Assembly (NCBI RefSeq): GCF_964188315.1
Contig: NC_135670.1
Location: 27,280,001 to 27,344,000, forward strand
Length of the DNA stretch: 64,000 nucleotides
Reading direction: 5' to 3'
Origin: Podarcis muralis
Taxonomy: Eukaryota
Each line of letters opens with the position of its first letter. The stretch's first letter is position 1. This document shows positions 51,197 through 62,820 of this stretch, piece by piece. Below the pieces are notes generated by a model. The model made no database searches. It was not told where the DNA came from and was given only the letters and a program-made list of their open reading frames with translations. Both the position numbers and the translations under genes were made by a program.

Positions 51197-53212
51197 GAAA
51201 CTGTCCCAGTGTGCAGCAGCTGTGAGGAAAGGAAATTCCACACTAGCGATTGTTAGGAAAGGAACTGAGAATAAACCTGCCGGTATTATAACGCTGTTAT
51301 ACAAATCTGTGGTGAGATCGCTTCTGGAATATTGTGAATAGTTCTGGTTACCCAACCTCAAAAAGGGTACTGTAGAATTACAAAAAAGTCCAAAAAAAGG
51401 GCAACCAAAATTATCAAGGGGATGGAGTGAATTCCCTATGAGGAAAGGTTACAACATAAACTTAGTTAAGGCCTTGAAAACGAAAACACAAAACCCCAAA
51501 GAGAGGAAAGCAGATATATGGGTTTCCAGCAGGATCTGGTGCACAGTGAAGTTGCAGGGGGCCTGTGTGGCTACACAAAGTAACAGCGCTGTGCAACACA
51601 AACACACAAAGTAACAGCGCTGTGGATCCTTATTACCTCTCTGCCAAGGTGAAGTCGCCATCCTTCAAGGCGGGCACTTTCCCCAGCAGATTCACCTTGC
51701 CAAACTCCTTTGTCCTGTTTTGCCCTGGAGAGATGGACAAAAGGAATCAAGAGGCAGCTATTCACTCATGAGAACCATGACGCAGGACCCTGCCTTGACC
51801 CACTCTGGATGGGGGGTGCTGGTTACCCCCACCTGACCCCCCACTCATGCTCCCTCTTACCTCTTTACTGGATTGCTTTGGTTGGGAGGTGGGGGGCAGC
51901 TGGGCAGGGGCTGTGTGCTTGTCAGCCATTCTCCTAAGTCAGCTCTTAGGCAATAAATCTTTTTCACACCCACAAAGTAAGTAGAATCAGAACAGTGCAG
52001 AGAACAAGCCAATTTCTCGGGAATGGATGGAAGCAGATGGACATCTGCCTCAAGCATACCTGGGGTGTGGGATTGCGCAGCAGGCATCGATACACAAGTC
52101 TGCCTTGCATCGATACCAAAGGTCAGCAAAGAGCGAATTCTTCTGTGTCTGGGCAGCTCAGGCTTTATACCGATTGGGCAAAAGGGAGGGGGAAATAAGC
52201 TGTGCCCCGGCAGACACTGCCACAAGCCAGGGGTCTTTTTGCAAAGCTCCTTTCTCCTCCTTGCCTTCCAGTTAATCATTCTACATCAGTCACCGTTTTT
52301 TCCTGCTTGCCACAGATATGAAATTCACGGCTGCTTTTATTAGGAAACAATCAATTCTTACCCGCCCTTTATCAAGAGGCCCCAACGATTTGAAAGCAAA
52401 ACTATTGGAAACAGCAAAAGCCTATTTTAAATGTTAGGAAATAAGACCTCTTCGATGGTATCAAGTTGCGAGGGAACCCAAAGCTCCAAGTGAGATCCCT
52501 GAACCCTTCCAAGGTCTGCACAGCCATTCAGACAACCTGCGTCAAGCAGTCAACAGGCAACTTGAGAGTGACTCTCTTTCTCCCCCCCCCCGCCGAAATT
52601 TTATTAATTTTACAAACAAAAAATACAAATAAACACACATCAATAAAGTCATACTGTATGTGGAGATTCTTCGAATCTCACGACTTCCCCCCATTCCATC
52701 CACAGTCTTATTTTAAGCATCTACAACTGCATACTAGTGTTACTCTGGTTTTTATATTGAACCATATTATCCATGTTTTTACACGACAAGTGTGTCAGAA
52801 TCCTGCTCTTGTTTCCATCTGCTTAAAGTGGTCTCCTAGCTAGATAACTTATAATTCCCCCCATTCTTTTATAATGTTTTTGTCCTCTTGGTTTCTGAGT
52901 TTCTTTGCTATCTTGGCATAGTCCAACTTGGTTTGCCATTTGAGAGTGACCCTCTTTCAATCCATCCTTGTCCGAGTCAAACAGGGAGTTCAAGCCAGCC
53001 CCCCACCCATCAAATAAGCCCCCCACCCAGCCCCTGCAACTCACGACACTGCACCCTGGATCTTGTGACTAACTCTCCCTGCCCCACCCACCAGTCTCAC
53101 CTTGGATGAGAGGCACATGCTTGAACTCAAAGGGGATGTTGTTTTTCTTCGCAAAGATAAAGACAGACCGGCAGGGTTGGGAGAGGAGGTCGAGGTAAAG
53201 CTCCACCACCAT
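45990..53212 (-). CDS. Glutathione S-transferase theta, copy C, 242 aa
   Basis: Exons 53101-53212 (112), 51637-51724 (88), 49902-50052 (151), 49480-49656 (177), 45990-46190 (201). Motifs LSQPCR, VNLLGKVP, AES, SLADLVA intact. AATAAA at 45958-45963. Confidence 0.95.
46395..46810 (+). mobile_element. L2 3' fragment, different subfamily
   Basis: KDRLFPYDPTWTLRSSSEALLHVPP-like translation; (AAT)n tail. Confidence 0.7.
47554..47874. mobile_element. MITE family 2
   Basis: TIRs with TA TSD; central (ttagcggcta)-type array. Confidence 0.88.
48492..48737. mobile_element. hAT (Charlie-like) MITE
   Basis: TIR ca(t/g)gggt...caaac; perfect 8-bp TSD gtctaaac. Confidence 0.85.
48831..49055. other. Assembly gap (225 N)
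   Basis: N run. Confidence 1.
49056..49302 (+). mobile_element. L2 3' fragment with (TAT)n(TAC)n tail
   Basis: Shared 3' UTR; left end falls in a gap. Confidence 0.8.
50690..51196 (+). mobile_element. L2 3' fragment (contains a MITE) with (TAT)n tail
   Basis: Shared motifs agaagacatctgaaggcagccc and gagtggctggggcaacccag. Confidence 0.7.
50817..51062. mobile_element. Degenerate Tc1/mariner MITE inside an L2 fragment
   Basis: TA-cagt... to ...cg-TA with decayed TIRs, interrupting the L2 3' end. Confidence 0.45.
51250..51460 (+). mobile_element. CR1 LINE ORF2 fragment
   Basis: LYKSVVRSLLEYC...KRATKIIKGME..PYEERL-like degenerate translation. Confidence 0.7.
52570..52960 (-). mobile_element. 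L1/Tx1-like LINE 3' fragment
   Basis: Same 3' region plus poly(A)-like tail; boundaries approximate. Confidence 0.5.
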
Positions 53213-53782
53213 CCTGGCAGCAGCAGGGACAACCAGAGCAGGGAATCGGCTGGCAAGAGGAGGAGAGAGCAAACAGTGCTTTCCCGCTCCTGGGAGATCT
53301 GGGCTCGGCTGCTGAGCCTCTTGTACCTTGGCCAGACCAACTCGTCAGCAGCTGCTGCTCCTCAAAGCCAATTGGAAGAGGCTTTGATCCTTGGCCTACT
53401 TCCCTCCCGCCCACGCCCAAGCAGCGAGGATCGCCAAGGGCTTCGTCAAGCCTGTTTTGCCAGAGAAGAAAGGAGGGAAAGTTCACAGGAGGGACTGGAT
53501 AGCAGCCAAACAAGATTTGGGAGTTTAAAAAGTGCCACCTTCAAGGCACACAGTCTCAAGTGAAGAAATACTACCTCGTAGGAGCTGCCCCTACCCCAGG
53601 GCAGGATTACGGCCACTTGGGCCCTGTCCTTCCAACCCACCTCCGCACAAGAGCCCAACCTTCTTTGGGCTTGAGCCTCCACCCAGAAGCCCCGAGTTTT
53701 TCTGCCACTGAAATGAGGTTCGGTTGCCCCTGCAAAATACTTGATCCTGAAACTGCTCTGATCAGGAGCCTTAAAATCCATA

Positions 53783-54095
53783 AAGGTTAAGGGAAAGGGA
53801 CCCCTGACCGTTAGGTCCAGTCGTGGCCAACTCTGGGGTTGCGGCGCTCATCTTGCTTTACTGGCTGAGGGAGCCAGCATACAGCTTCTGGGTCATGTGG
53901 CCAGAGCAGCGCACGGAAACGCCGTTTACCTTCCCGCCGTTTACTTTGCACTTTGACCTGCTTTCGAACTGCTAGGTTGGCAGGAGCAGGGACCAAGCAA
54001 CGGGAGCTCACCCCGTCGCGGGGATTCAAACCGCCAACCTTCTGATCGGCAAGTCCTAGGCTCTGTGGTTTAACCCACAGCGCCACCCGCGTCCC
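53783..54095 (-). mobile_element. Sauria SINE, second subfamily, with internal deletions
   Basis: 12-bp TSD ttaaaatccata at 53771-53782 and 54096-54107. Confidence 0.9.
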
Positions 54096-54108
54096 TTAAA
54101 ATCCATAG

Positions 54109-54357
54109 ACTAAAATGAAAAGGCTACCTGCCGCCCTGACTCTACAAGGCAACCTTTCACTAAAATGAAAAGGCTACCTGCCGCCCTGACTCTACAAGGC
54201 AACCTTTCACTAAAATGAAAAGGCTACCTGCCACCCTGACTCTACAAGGCAACCTTTCACTAAAATGAAAAGGCTACCTGCCACCCTGACTCTACAAGGC
54301 AACCTTTCACTAAAATGAAAAGGCTACCTGCCACCCTGACTCTACAAGGCAACCTTT
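54109..54357. repeat. Minisatellite, 50-bp unit x5
   Basis: actaaaatgaaaaggctacctgcc(g/a)ccctgactctacaaggcaacctttc at 54109, 54159, 54209, 54259 and 54309. Confidence 0.95.
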
Positions 54358-54593
54358 ACAACGGTGGAACTGCACAGGGGCTGGTTTTAGCTTTCTTGCT
54401 TTCCGAAAGGAGATGTCCTGCAGCAGGGAAAAGGTGCACCAGCACCCCAAGGGTCAGGGCAACTTCCTGAAGTCCAGCCTTAGCACACACACGGAGTCCT
54501 GGGACTTCACCAGCATGGCAAGCAAGGGATGATGGGAGCTGTAGTTCAATAGCCTCTGGAGGAAGGCACTTTTCTTTGAAAAACAGCAAAGGA

Positions 54594-54595
<2 letters not shown>

Positions 54596-54631
<36 letters not shown>
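54596..54631. repeat. (AC)n microsatellite
   Basis: Direct reading. Confidence 0.9.
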
Positions 54632-54635
<4 letters not shown>

Positions 54636-55111
54636 TTTTGCCTGCCCCAGAAGGCAAAGGCTGATTTCTTTATTTAAAACTTCTTCCTGAGATGGAGCCC
54701 TCGCTCTTAAAGCCCAGCTGGGCTCAGCAACCTTTGATCCTCTTCTTTTGGCTATGAGGGAGTAGCACTGGGATAGGCAAGGCTGGTGAGGATTAGGGCC
54801 AGTCACAGGGAAAGGCTGACAGTTCTTTGGCTCGTAGGGAGAAAGAGTCTTTATTTACAAGCTAAGGCATGTTCCCTTGGTCTTTGAGGGATCAAGAGGT
54901 GGCCTTGACGACAGCAGGATGGCAGTTGGCTCTCCTTAAGCCGTGCGATGGATACTCCTTCCATATCTTGATACTTCCAGGAGCTCTTAAGCCTTAGTGT
55001 TTGCTTCTGAATGCCATTGTGTTCTCAAGACATTGGAATCCAAACCACAAAGTAAGAGTTCCAGCCCCCTGATTATTCTCAGCAGGACATTTCTGGCTTG
55101 CCTGGGCTTGC

Positions 55112-58100
55112 TCAAGATCTCTTCTCAGCTCGCTCCTCCTGTTGAGGGAAAGAGAAGGAGGGGAGGGGATTAGGCCTATCTCGGACACCCCAGAGACCAG
55201 AAGCAGCATTTTGGAATCTAAAGCAGCACAAATGCATGCTCAACAGCCTTGGCTATCAGTGCAAATTCCTGCGTGGAGCGATGGATACCTTCATTATCTT
55301 CTGGAGGTCTGCCAAGGCTTCCTCATACTGTGGGAGGAGTGGCTGGAGGGATGTGTTCTTCACCAGCTGCTGCTCCAACTCAGGAAGACCGGCTTCCCTC
55401 AGCATCTTCAGAAACTTCCTCTCCTGGAAAGCAAAGAAGGAAGTGAACACCATTCTGCATTCCAAAACCCACACTACAGAAAGCTGTGAAAGGGTTCTAC
55501 TGACCAACCACCTAAATACAGTGGAAGAGGCCCTGGATGTGGGCAGGCTGGGACGGGCAGGTGAGCTGGGCATCCAGCAACCAGGCAGTGTCCCTGAAGC
55601 CCACTCCCTGCTCGCCTCTGTGCTGTTCTCTGGGCCATTTTCTACTCCCCAGTTGTTGCCACAGAAGTCCTTGAAGCAGAGCCCGTCTGAGCCACAGGAG
55701 ACCTCACTACGAGGACCTCCGTCTGTGCAAAGGCACCTGGAATGCAGCATCTGGGTTACCCCAGAGATGGTTGGGAACGTGTGGCAGCCTCTCAGCTTCC
55801 CTGCCCCACACAATAGTTCAGCCTTCTGAGGACTGAGGTCCTTCTGGTGGTTCCCTCATTAGAAGAAGTGAGGTTACAGGAAACCAGACAGAGAACGCTC
55901 TAGGTAGTTGTGTCCACCCTGTGGAACACCCTCCATTCAGATGTCCAGGAAATAAACATCTATCTGACTTTTAGAAGGCAGATTTTTAATGTATGAGGTT
56001 TCACTGTGGTTTTATAATTTGTCAGGGGACGCGGGTGGCGCTGTGGTGTAAACCACTGAGGCTTGGGCTTGCTGATCAGAAGGCTGGCGGTTCGAATCCC
56101 CGCAACGGGGTGAGTGTTGGAATTCACAGGATGCTGTGTAAGTAAGTCTGCAGGCTTCAGTTTGCCAGTGGATGCAACAGGCTGATGCAATACTTTCTGT
56201 GAAGATGCTGGGTCAGAATGACTCGGCAGTAATGTGCTGGCAGTTGATTGGCTGTCATCTGATTAAAAGGGAAGCCTGTCCAATAGTGGGTGGTGGTGTA
56301 GATCAGTGTGGAGTCTTCTTTTGCCTCAAGGTGCAGCCAGGTACCCTGTCTGATTATACGAACTGCTTCTGTAGATATTTGTATATATATATATTGCTCA
56401 CAATAAATAATACTGCACTAAAGAACCTGGGACTCTGAGCATTCTGCTAAAGCGCAGCGAGGAATTCGCGACAGTGAGCTCCCGTTGCTCGGTCCCTGCC
56501 CCTGGCAACCTAGCAGCTCGAAAGCACATCAAAGAGCAAGTAGATAAATAGGTACCGCTCCGGCGGGAAGTAAACGGCATTTCCGTGTGCTGCTCTGGTT
56601 CGCCAGAAGTGGCTTAGTCCTGCTGGCCACATGACCCAGAAAAACTGTCTGCAGACAAACGTTGGCTCCCTCAGCCAGTAAAGCGAGATGAGCGCTGCAA
56701 CCCCAGAGTCATTCGCGACTGGACTTAACTGTCAGGCGTCCTTTACCTTTTATAATTTGTCAGAAGCTGCCCAGAGTGGCTGGGGAGACCCAGTCCAATG
56801 GGTGGCATATAAATAATAATAATTGTTACTATTACCTGCTGTTTCAGCACCATGGTGAAGGCCAGTCCCGCTTTCCCTGCACGAGCCGTTCTGCCCACTC
56901 TGAAAACAGAGAGAGGAAGGTTGGTCTTTTCCAGGAGGGGCCACTTCTGGGCCCCCACCCCCAAGCTACCTGGGGGAAAAGGAAACTCGTTCACATTATT
57001 TGAAAGCCTCCCTCTGAAGGAATTACCGGTGGATGTAGGTCCTGATGAATTGAGGAGCATCATAGCTGATGACGCATTTCACTCCGCCAATGTCGATTCC
57101 TCGGGCTGTGGCGTCTGTGCTGATTAACCTGAGTGTTGAGGAGAGAAGTCGCTGTCACCCCAGCAGATCTGAGCGCAGCCACTAAAGAGATGCTTGGTCC
57201 GCAAAGAAAGGACTGGGGGCTTGTGGTGTGGTGGGTTGGGGAAGAGGCCTGGCTCGTACAGTTTCTTCTCGTGTCATGAAGAAGAGAGACATCCCAGCTA
57301 ATTTATGGTGCAACTTGTCTGGGAAAAATTAATGAGCAAACGCCTAGATTCTATTTCATCGGAGCTGGGGAAAAATGGCGTTTGCCACTCGAGGAAGACT
57401 TTTGGATCAGCGTGTTAAGATTTACTGCAAACAAAAGACTTTCCAGTTCTAAAAAAAAAAAAAAAGGGAGAGCCTTACAAAGTTCACACAGAATTATAAT
57501 ATTGTTTATTTTAACTCGCCTGTGGAAACAACTCAGAGGCTATTAAGAAGAAAAAGGATAACATCAAGAAGATTGGAAGATGGGACTGGTGCACATTAAA
57601 AGCAGCACAAATATGAGATGATCGGACCCTACTGAACTCGAAGCATGGAAACCCCCAACAAAATTTATAATTTGGCAAAATATTCAGATTTTATGATTTG
57701 TATTGGTATAATTTGGAATAATTAATGTGATATGATTGGATTGTTTAATGGAAAACTTAATAAAAATTATTATAAAAAAAAGAAGAAGAGAGACATCCCA
57801 CGAAAGGCATGTCCTCTTCTGGCTCAACTCAGCTCCTAACTGTGCCAGAAACTTCCCACCACCACTGCGCATCTGGAGATTAAGGGGCAGCCAGTGTGTG
57901 ATGTGCAACTGAGACACGAGGATGTGGCCAGCCCCCCCTGCCCTGGAGTTACTCACAGCTGGATCTTCCCCTGTTCAAATTCCTTCAGTGTCAACTTCCT
58001 TTGCCTTGGATTCAGCCTGGAAGAGAATTCGGCCACGTTCACTCCGCCAAAGGCTCGAAGCAGTAGAAAGAGCCTGGGGTGGTGGAGAGAGAGAAGAGAG

Positions 58101-61100
58101 GATGGGGATCCCAGGATCAAGGGCCAGGCCCTCCCACGAGGTTTGCTGAGACTCCAAATGATCCCCTGCCTCAGTAGACGGGACCAGTGCTCTGTCGGCT
58201 GTTAGGATATAGTTCCGTTCCACCTTAAAAAGGGGCAGGCAGGACTATTGTGTATCACATGCCTGTTTACTTCCAGCACTTGCTGGGAACTTCCGTTTGT
58301 ATATAGCTTTTGCGTTACTGCTTTTTTGCTGAAGATGAAGGGAAGCAGACATGTTTTCCTCTGTTCCTGAACTATGCTGAATAAAATGCTGTACATTATG
58401 CTTACACATTTCTCTGTCTGCCTCTTCTGCTGTGAGAAGATTTACGGACTCTGCTGATAGAGCATGCACGGGTCTCTAAACGTATCTGAGGCTCGTGTCG
58501 CTAACTGATGCTGTTCCAAGGGAGATCGGCTGCCGGCCGGTGGCCGGAGTCAGCTGGGGACCTGCCTGATGCCTGCCTGATGCCCCCGTCTTCCCGGCAG
58601 TATCCCAACATCGGCTTCCTATGAAAGTTCAAGCCTAGCCCGCAAAGATCCCACTACTGCACAGCCTCACCTGTGTGACGTGTCCCTGCTGTTGGTGAAG
58701 CAGAGGACGCGGGAGAACTTCAGCCGCAGCAGGAAATGCAAGAGGAAGAGGGGCTTCCAGCGCAGGTTGCAGGGCACATAGTATTGCTGTGGCGGGAGGA
58801 GGAAAGAAGAGCCGTTTGTGCACCGCCCCCCAGGAGTGCTTCCTGCCCAATCCCTTTCGGAAGACGAGGAGGGTCACTTTGGGCCAAGGAACAGGACAGG
58901 CTCAAGGGCCGACACTCCTGACTCTCAGACGATAAGTGACTGTGTCTCCAGTGAACAACTCAAGACTAGGTCAGTGTGTTTCTCGCAAAACACCCTTTTC
59001 ATTTCAGAATCGACAACTTCCACTATGTTTCTAGACCACCAGTTTTCATACATTAAGCCATCTATTTTTTACTATTAATTATTAGTTATTGCTGTTGTTA
59101 TTGTTATTATTATTATTTACATACCACCCTATACCTGGAGATCTCAAGTATAGATCAACCTAAAAACCACATTATATATAATCAAAATAAAAACAACCCA
59201 GTAACACCCCCCTAAAGGGGGGGGGGGATCCATTATGGAGTTCCCAGTTTAGAAGCAGTGAATCTTCTGCATTTGCCTCTCTGATATTCAAGCCACAAAA
59301 CCATCCCCTCCCGGACAAACCACCAGGGCTGAGTCCCTAAACCAGTGTCCAGCCAACTTGCTGCCTTCTTTCTAAGTCTTCTACTATTATTTCCTATTTT
59401 TATTCTATCTTACTACTTTGTTAGCCGCCTGAGAACATAAGCTTTTGTTGAAGATGCAAGAAAGAAATTATGCAGCCGAAGAAACGCAAACCTTTCTGTG
59501 CATTCCTGCCCTCCCAGGGACCCAACTTCTCAGCCCCTAAACCCTACATGGAACTGCCTGGGTCTTGAGGCACCTGCTGCTGCTGCCAAGGAATGGGGCC
59601 TTCTGCCTCCCCCAGCCCAATTTGCCATCCAGTCTGGAGGGAAGGGCTGGTGCTGTCCCAAAAGGGCACCTTCTCACCATTCACGTCCCCACCCCCTCGC
59701 CAAACACGCCTTCCCGGCTCTGCCCGAACCAGAGCGGCAGGTGGGTGGGCTGCCTGCAAGCCCTGCCTCTTACCGAGAGCCCCTCTGGGAGGGCGTACTT
59801 CTTCGTGGTCTCCGTCGCCTTCTCCTCCGAGGAGATGGGTGTGAAGAGGCGAGGCCGGTAGAGGCCCAGCGGCTGCAGCTTTTCGGGGTTCCGTGTCAGG
59901 GTGGCCGAGAAGAGGAGCTTCTGCAGGGGGACGTGGGGGCAGCCAGCTCTGTGTAGGGGTGCAAATACCCAGAGTGTGGGGGTCAGGTGGGACTGCTATG
60001 AGGAATTATGAAACATGGAGCAAGCCTTTGGTGTCCGCGATGAAAGCATTGCGTTGAATGGGTTTGATTCATTGACAATAATTTCTGATCGAATCCCACA
60101 GCCTCTGTACCTCTGCCATTTGCTTTCTCTATGCCTGACAAGCACGTACAGTATAAGCATTCTGAATCACAGATCAGGCATCCTCAGTACATAAAGATAG
60201 TAGGTTACTTTGATGTAGTTTGTTAATCTTTAGATAGATCTTAAGGGCCAGGAGGAGAGTTCACAAGGAGCTGATAAATACTGCCATCCTGTCTCTCCTG
60301 TTTATGACCTCCAGGGTTTTGCTGAATGCATTCCTCATTTTATTCCTATTTTATTTACTCTGGACTACTATGCATGCTCAAGTAGGAAATAGTTTCTTTG
60401 TAGTTTTAACTTTAACTTTGTCCCTCGTGGGGTTTTTGAAATGCTCAGAGGAAATCTGATTGGTTCTTACGAACACTGTGTAAAAAGTTCTTTTGTGAAT
60501 AAAACGACCTGGGCCGAGGGGTGGCGAGGAATTATTATTGGCACTCCTCCCAGAGTCTTGCTGGTCAAGCCTCGTGAGTATTTTATTAATCAGTGTCCAA
60601 TCCTTCCTTGCTTTGGGAACGCTACAGCTCTGGAAAGCAAAAGGCACTGGGTGGGACAGGCCTCCCGACCCAAACACAAGCAAATGAGGGGCTTTTCCAG
60701 TGCCTCTCTGCTCCCCACCCCCTGGATCCACACACAACATTCCCAGGCCAGCTCCTTGATATTCAGGGGTTTGGGATCCACAAGGCGGCCTTTGGGGTCA
60801 CATTCCCGGCAAAGGAACCCTCGACAACACAGTGGGCAGTTTCTGCTCAAGTCCTGACTCCCAGGAGGAGCTGGCTGTGCTTCCAGGAGCCAGAAAGGGT
60901 CCTCTGCTGATCCCCTGCCCACCACTCCCTGCCTTGCCGGTTCCCTTCTCGTTCTCCTCTCCGACGCGGCCGACGTACCTGGCTGCCGTGAGGGGCCCCT
61001 GCTCTGCCCTCCTGAACAGCTGTGGGGTGCTGGAGCCCTCTTCCACCGCTGAATGAGCTGCCGCCACCACCTGCCGCAGCCAGTCCTGGTGCATGTTGTC

Positions 61101-62820
61101 AATCATGCGATCGGCTTCGTCAATTATCTGTGCTCACGGGCAAAAGAGAGGCAGTCAGGGGAGGCTCACGACCTCTGGCACTGCAGAGAGCTTCACAGCA
61201 GTCGCTGGCATTGTCTTGCCAAGATCTGCTGGGAGGGGGAGAAGGGTTTTGAAGGGGGGGGGGTTCCTTTGGCCTGAGGAGTCCCGTTGCGTTTACACTC
61301 GTGGTGGAGCTGCGTGGGATTGTGAGCCCAGCCTGCAGGGAGGGGAGCCTCAAAGCAGGGCCAGCGAGAAAGGCGCTTTCATCCAGGAAGCAGCTGGCTG
61401 AATCGTGCGTTAAAGAACGGACATTTGCGGGAGAAGGAAGCAATGCAAGTTATGAGGCTATTATAGGTCACATTTTATGTAATAGGGACACCGTGTCACA
61501 GTCCACCACCCCAACCCCTTATATCAGCGGTTCCCTAACTTTTCCCACCCACCGCCCCCTTGGTTCCATAAACTCATCTCCTGTGTCCCCTACCCTACAA
61601 AAAGCGTTCAGAATACAGTGGTACCTCGGTTCTCAAACGTCTCCGTTGTCGAACGTTTCGGAACCCTAATGCCGAAAACCCGGAAGTAAATGCTTCCATT
61701 TTCGAACATGCCTCAGAAGTTGAACGGCTTCCGCTGCATGTTTTTCAATTTTCTCAATTGCATTTGCAACCAGCCTTTTACGCCTCGGTTTTGGAAGTCG
61801 AATGGTCTTCCGGAATGGATTACGTTCGAGAACCGAGGTACCACTGTAGCAGTTTGCATGACCCTCTACGGAAGGTGATAGCACAATAAAATTCAAAGCA
61901 GCAACAATTAATTGCACATTTATTCAAAATCCAGTTAAAACTATTTAGTTTAATTGATTCAACAAAACTGATGAACCTGACCCACTGATGCCAGCTTTTT
62001 AAAAACAAAAAAAATTCCTTCCAGTAGCACCTTAAAGACCAACTAAGTTAGTTCTTGGTATGAGCTTTCGTGTGCATGCACACTTCTTCAGATACACAAA
62101 CATTTCGTGTGCATGCACACGAAAGCTCATACCAAGAACTAACTTAGTTGGTCTTTAAGGTGCTACTGGAAGGAATTTTTTTTGTTTTGACTATGGCAGA
62201 CCAACACGGCTACCTATCTGTAGCTTTTTAAAAGTAATTTACCCCTGCCTCTAAGTGTCCCTCTAGGTAATTCCCTCCCCCTGGGGGGCAGGAATGCCCA
62301 CTTTGGAAGCCGCTGCCTTATAAGGGCCCTTCCAGCCACAACACTGCATGTGATGCAATCCCCAAACATGAGGGGGGAAGAGGGATTCCTCTCACCAGGA
62401 AGCGAAGTTCTTTCAGGCTGAACTGGGGGCTCTGCTGAAGATGATCCACGAGGCGCCCAGGAGTGGCCACGACAATGTCTGCCAGGCTGCGAAATCCCAT
62501 CAGCCTGGAAAAAGAAGCACCAGAGGCAGTGAAGAGGAGGAGTGTGATTCACGGAGAAGCAGCAGCACCAGACAACCTCCCACTTGCGCCCATTGCTAAG
62601 GAAGAAGATGGAGGCCTCGGCTGCTGCTGTGCCACCTGTGGGCTCGGCTTCCTGGGCCAAGACGCGAGGAGGAGGGTGGCGTGCAAAGCCAAACAAAGAG
62701 AAGGTGAACTTACGTTTCCTCGGCGAGCGACTCCTGCTCCTTTGCAAACGATTTCTGCCCGGTGAGCTGGACCACTTTCAGCCCGGTCCCGTCAGTGTAA
62801 ATGTTGAATACTTTAGTCAC
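55112..62820 (-). CDS. DDX51: DEAD-box RNA helicase DDX51, 3' ten coding exons (366 aa); 5' exons lie beyond the right edge
   Basis: Exons 62714-62820, 62396-62504, 60979-61127, 59774-59948, 58671-58786, 57957-58073, 57027-57128, 56836-56899, 55289-55423, 55112-55138. Motifs [36 protein letters not shown]; C-terminus [14 protein letters not shown] at 54850-54855 and 54669-54674. Confidence 0.95.
56026..56748 (+). mobile_element. Sauria SINE interrupted by a solo LTR
   Basis: Head 56026-56114, remainder 56474-56748; 15-bp TSD tttataatttgtcag. Confidence 0.88.
56115..56473 (+). mobile_element. Solo LTR, 359 bp
   Basis: TGT..ACA termini with imperfect terminal inverted repeat, 5-bp TSD gtgag on both sides, internal AATAAA near 56402. 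Confidence 0.8.
57295..57790 (+). mobile_element. L1/Tx1-like LINE 3' fragment
   Basis: Degenerate ORF2 end (ccaagaagattgg-type motif) and A-rich tail; boundaries approximate. Confidence 0.5.
61616..61846. mobile_element. Tc1/mariner MITE, family 3
   Basis: TIR cagtggtacctcggttctc(a/g)aacgt, TA TSD. Confidence 0.85.
62002..62221. mobile_element. Penelope-like element terminus (inverted pseudo-LTR structure)
   Basis: Perfect 82-bp inverted arms (62002-62083 and 62107-62188), then gactatggcagaccaacacggctacc; agctttttaaaa on both sides (TSD-like). Family assignment is from recalled reptile PLE end sequence and architecture. Confidence 0.7.
62058..62095 (-). ncRNA. Minimal type I hammerhead ribozyme motif within the PLE
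   Basis: Minus strand: GUAU-CUGAAGA-A-GUGUG(CAUG)CACAC-GAAA-GC-UC-AUAC. Full core, helix II, helix I (GUAU/AUAC) and palindromic AGCU helix III. Activity untested. Confidence 0.65.

Larger units (their letters stand above)
55822..56832 (+). mobile_element. L2 3' fragment hosting a SINE and a solo LTR
   Basis: L2 motifs resume after the SINE TSD (gaagctgcccagagtggctgggg...aataataat). Confidence 0.75.

Noticed and set aside
54109-54357. CRISPR-like array
   Set aside because: Eukaryotic head-to-tail repeats with no unique spacers.
60040-60100. C/D-box-like GATGA...CTGA
   Set aside because: It is on the strand opposite the host gene, has an imperfect C box, and lacks a terminal stem.
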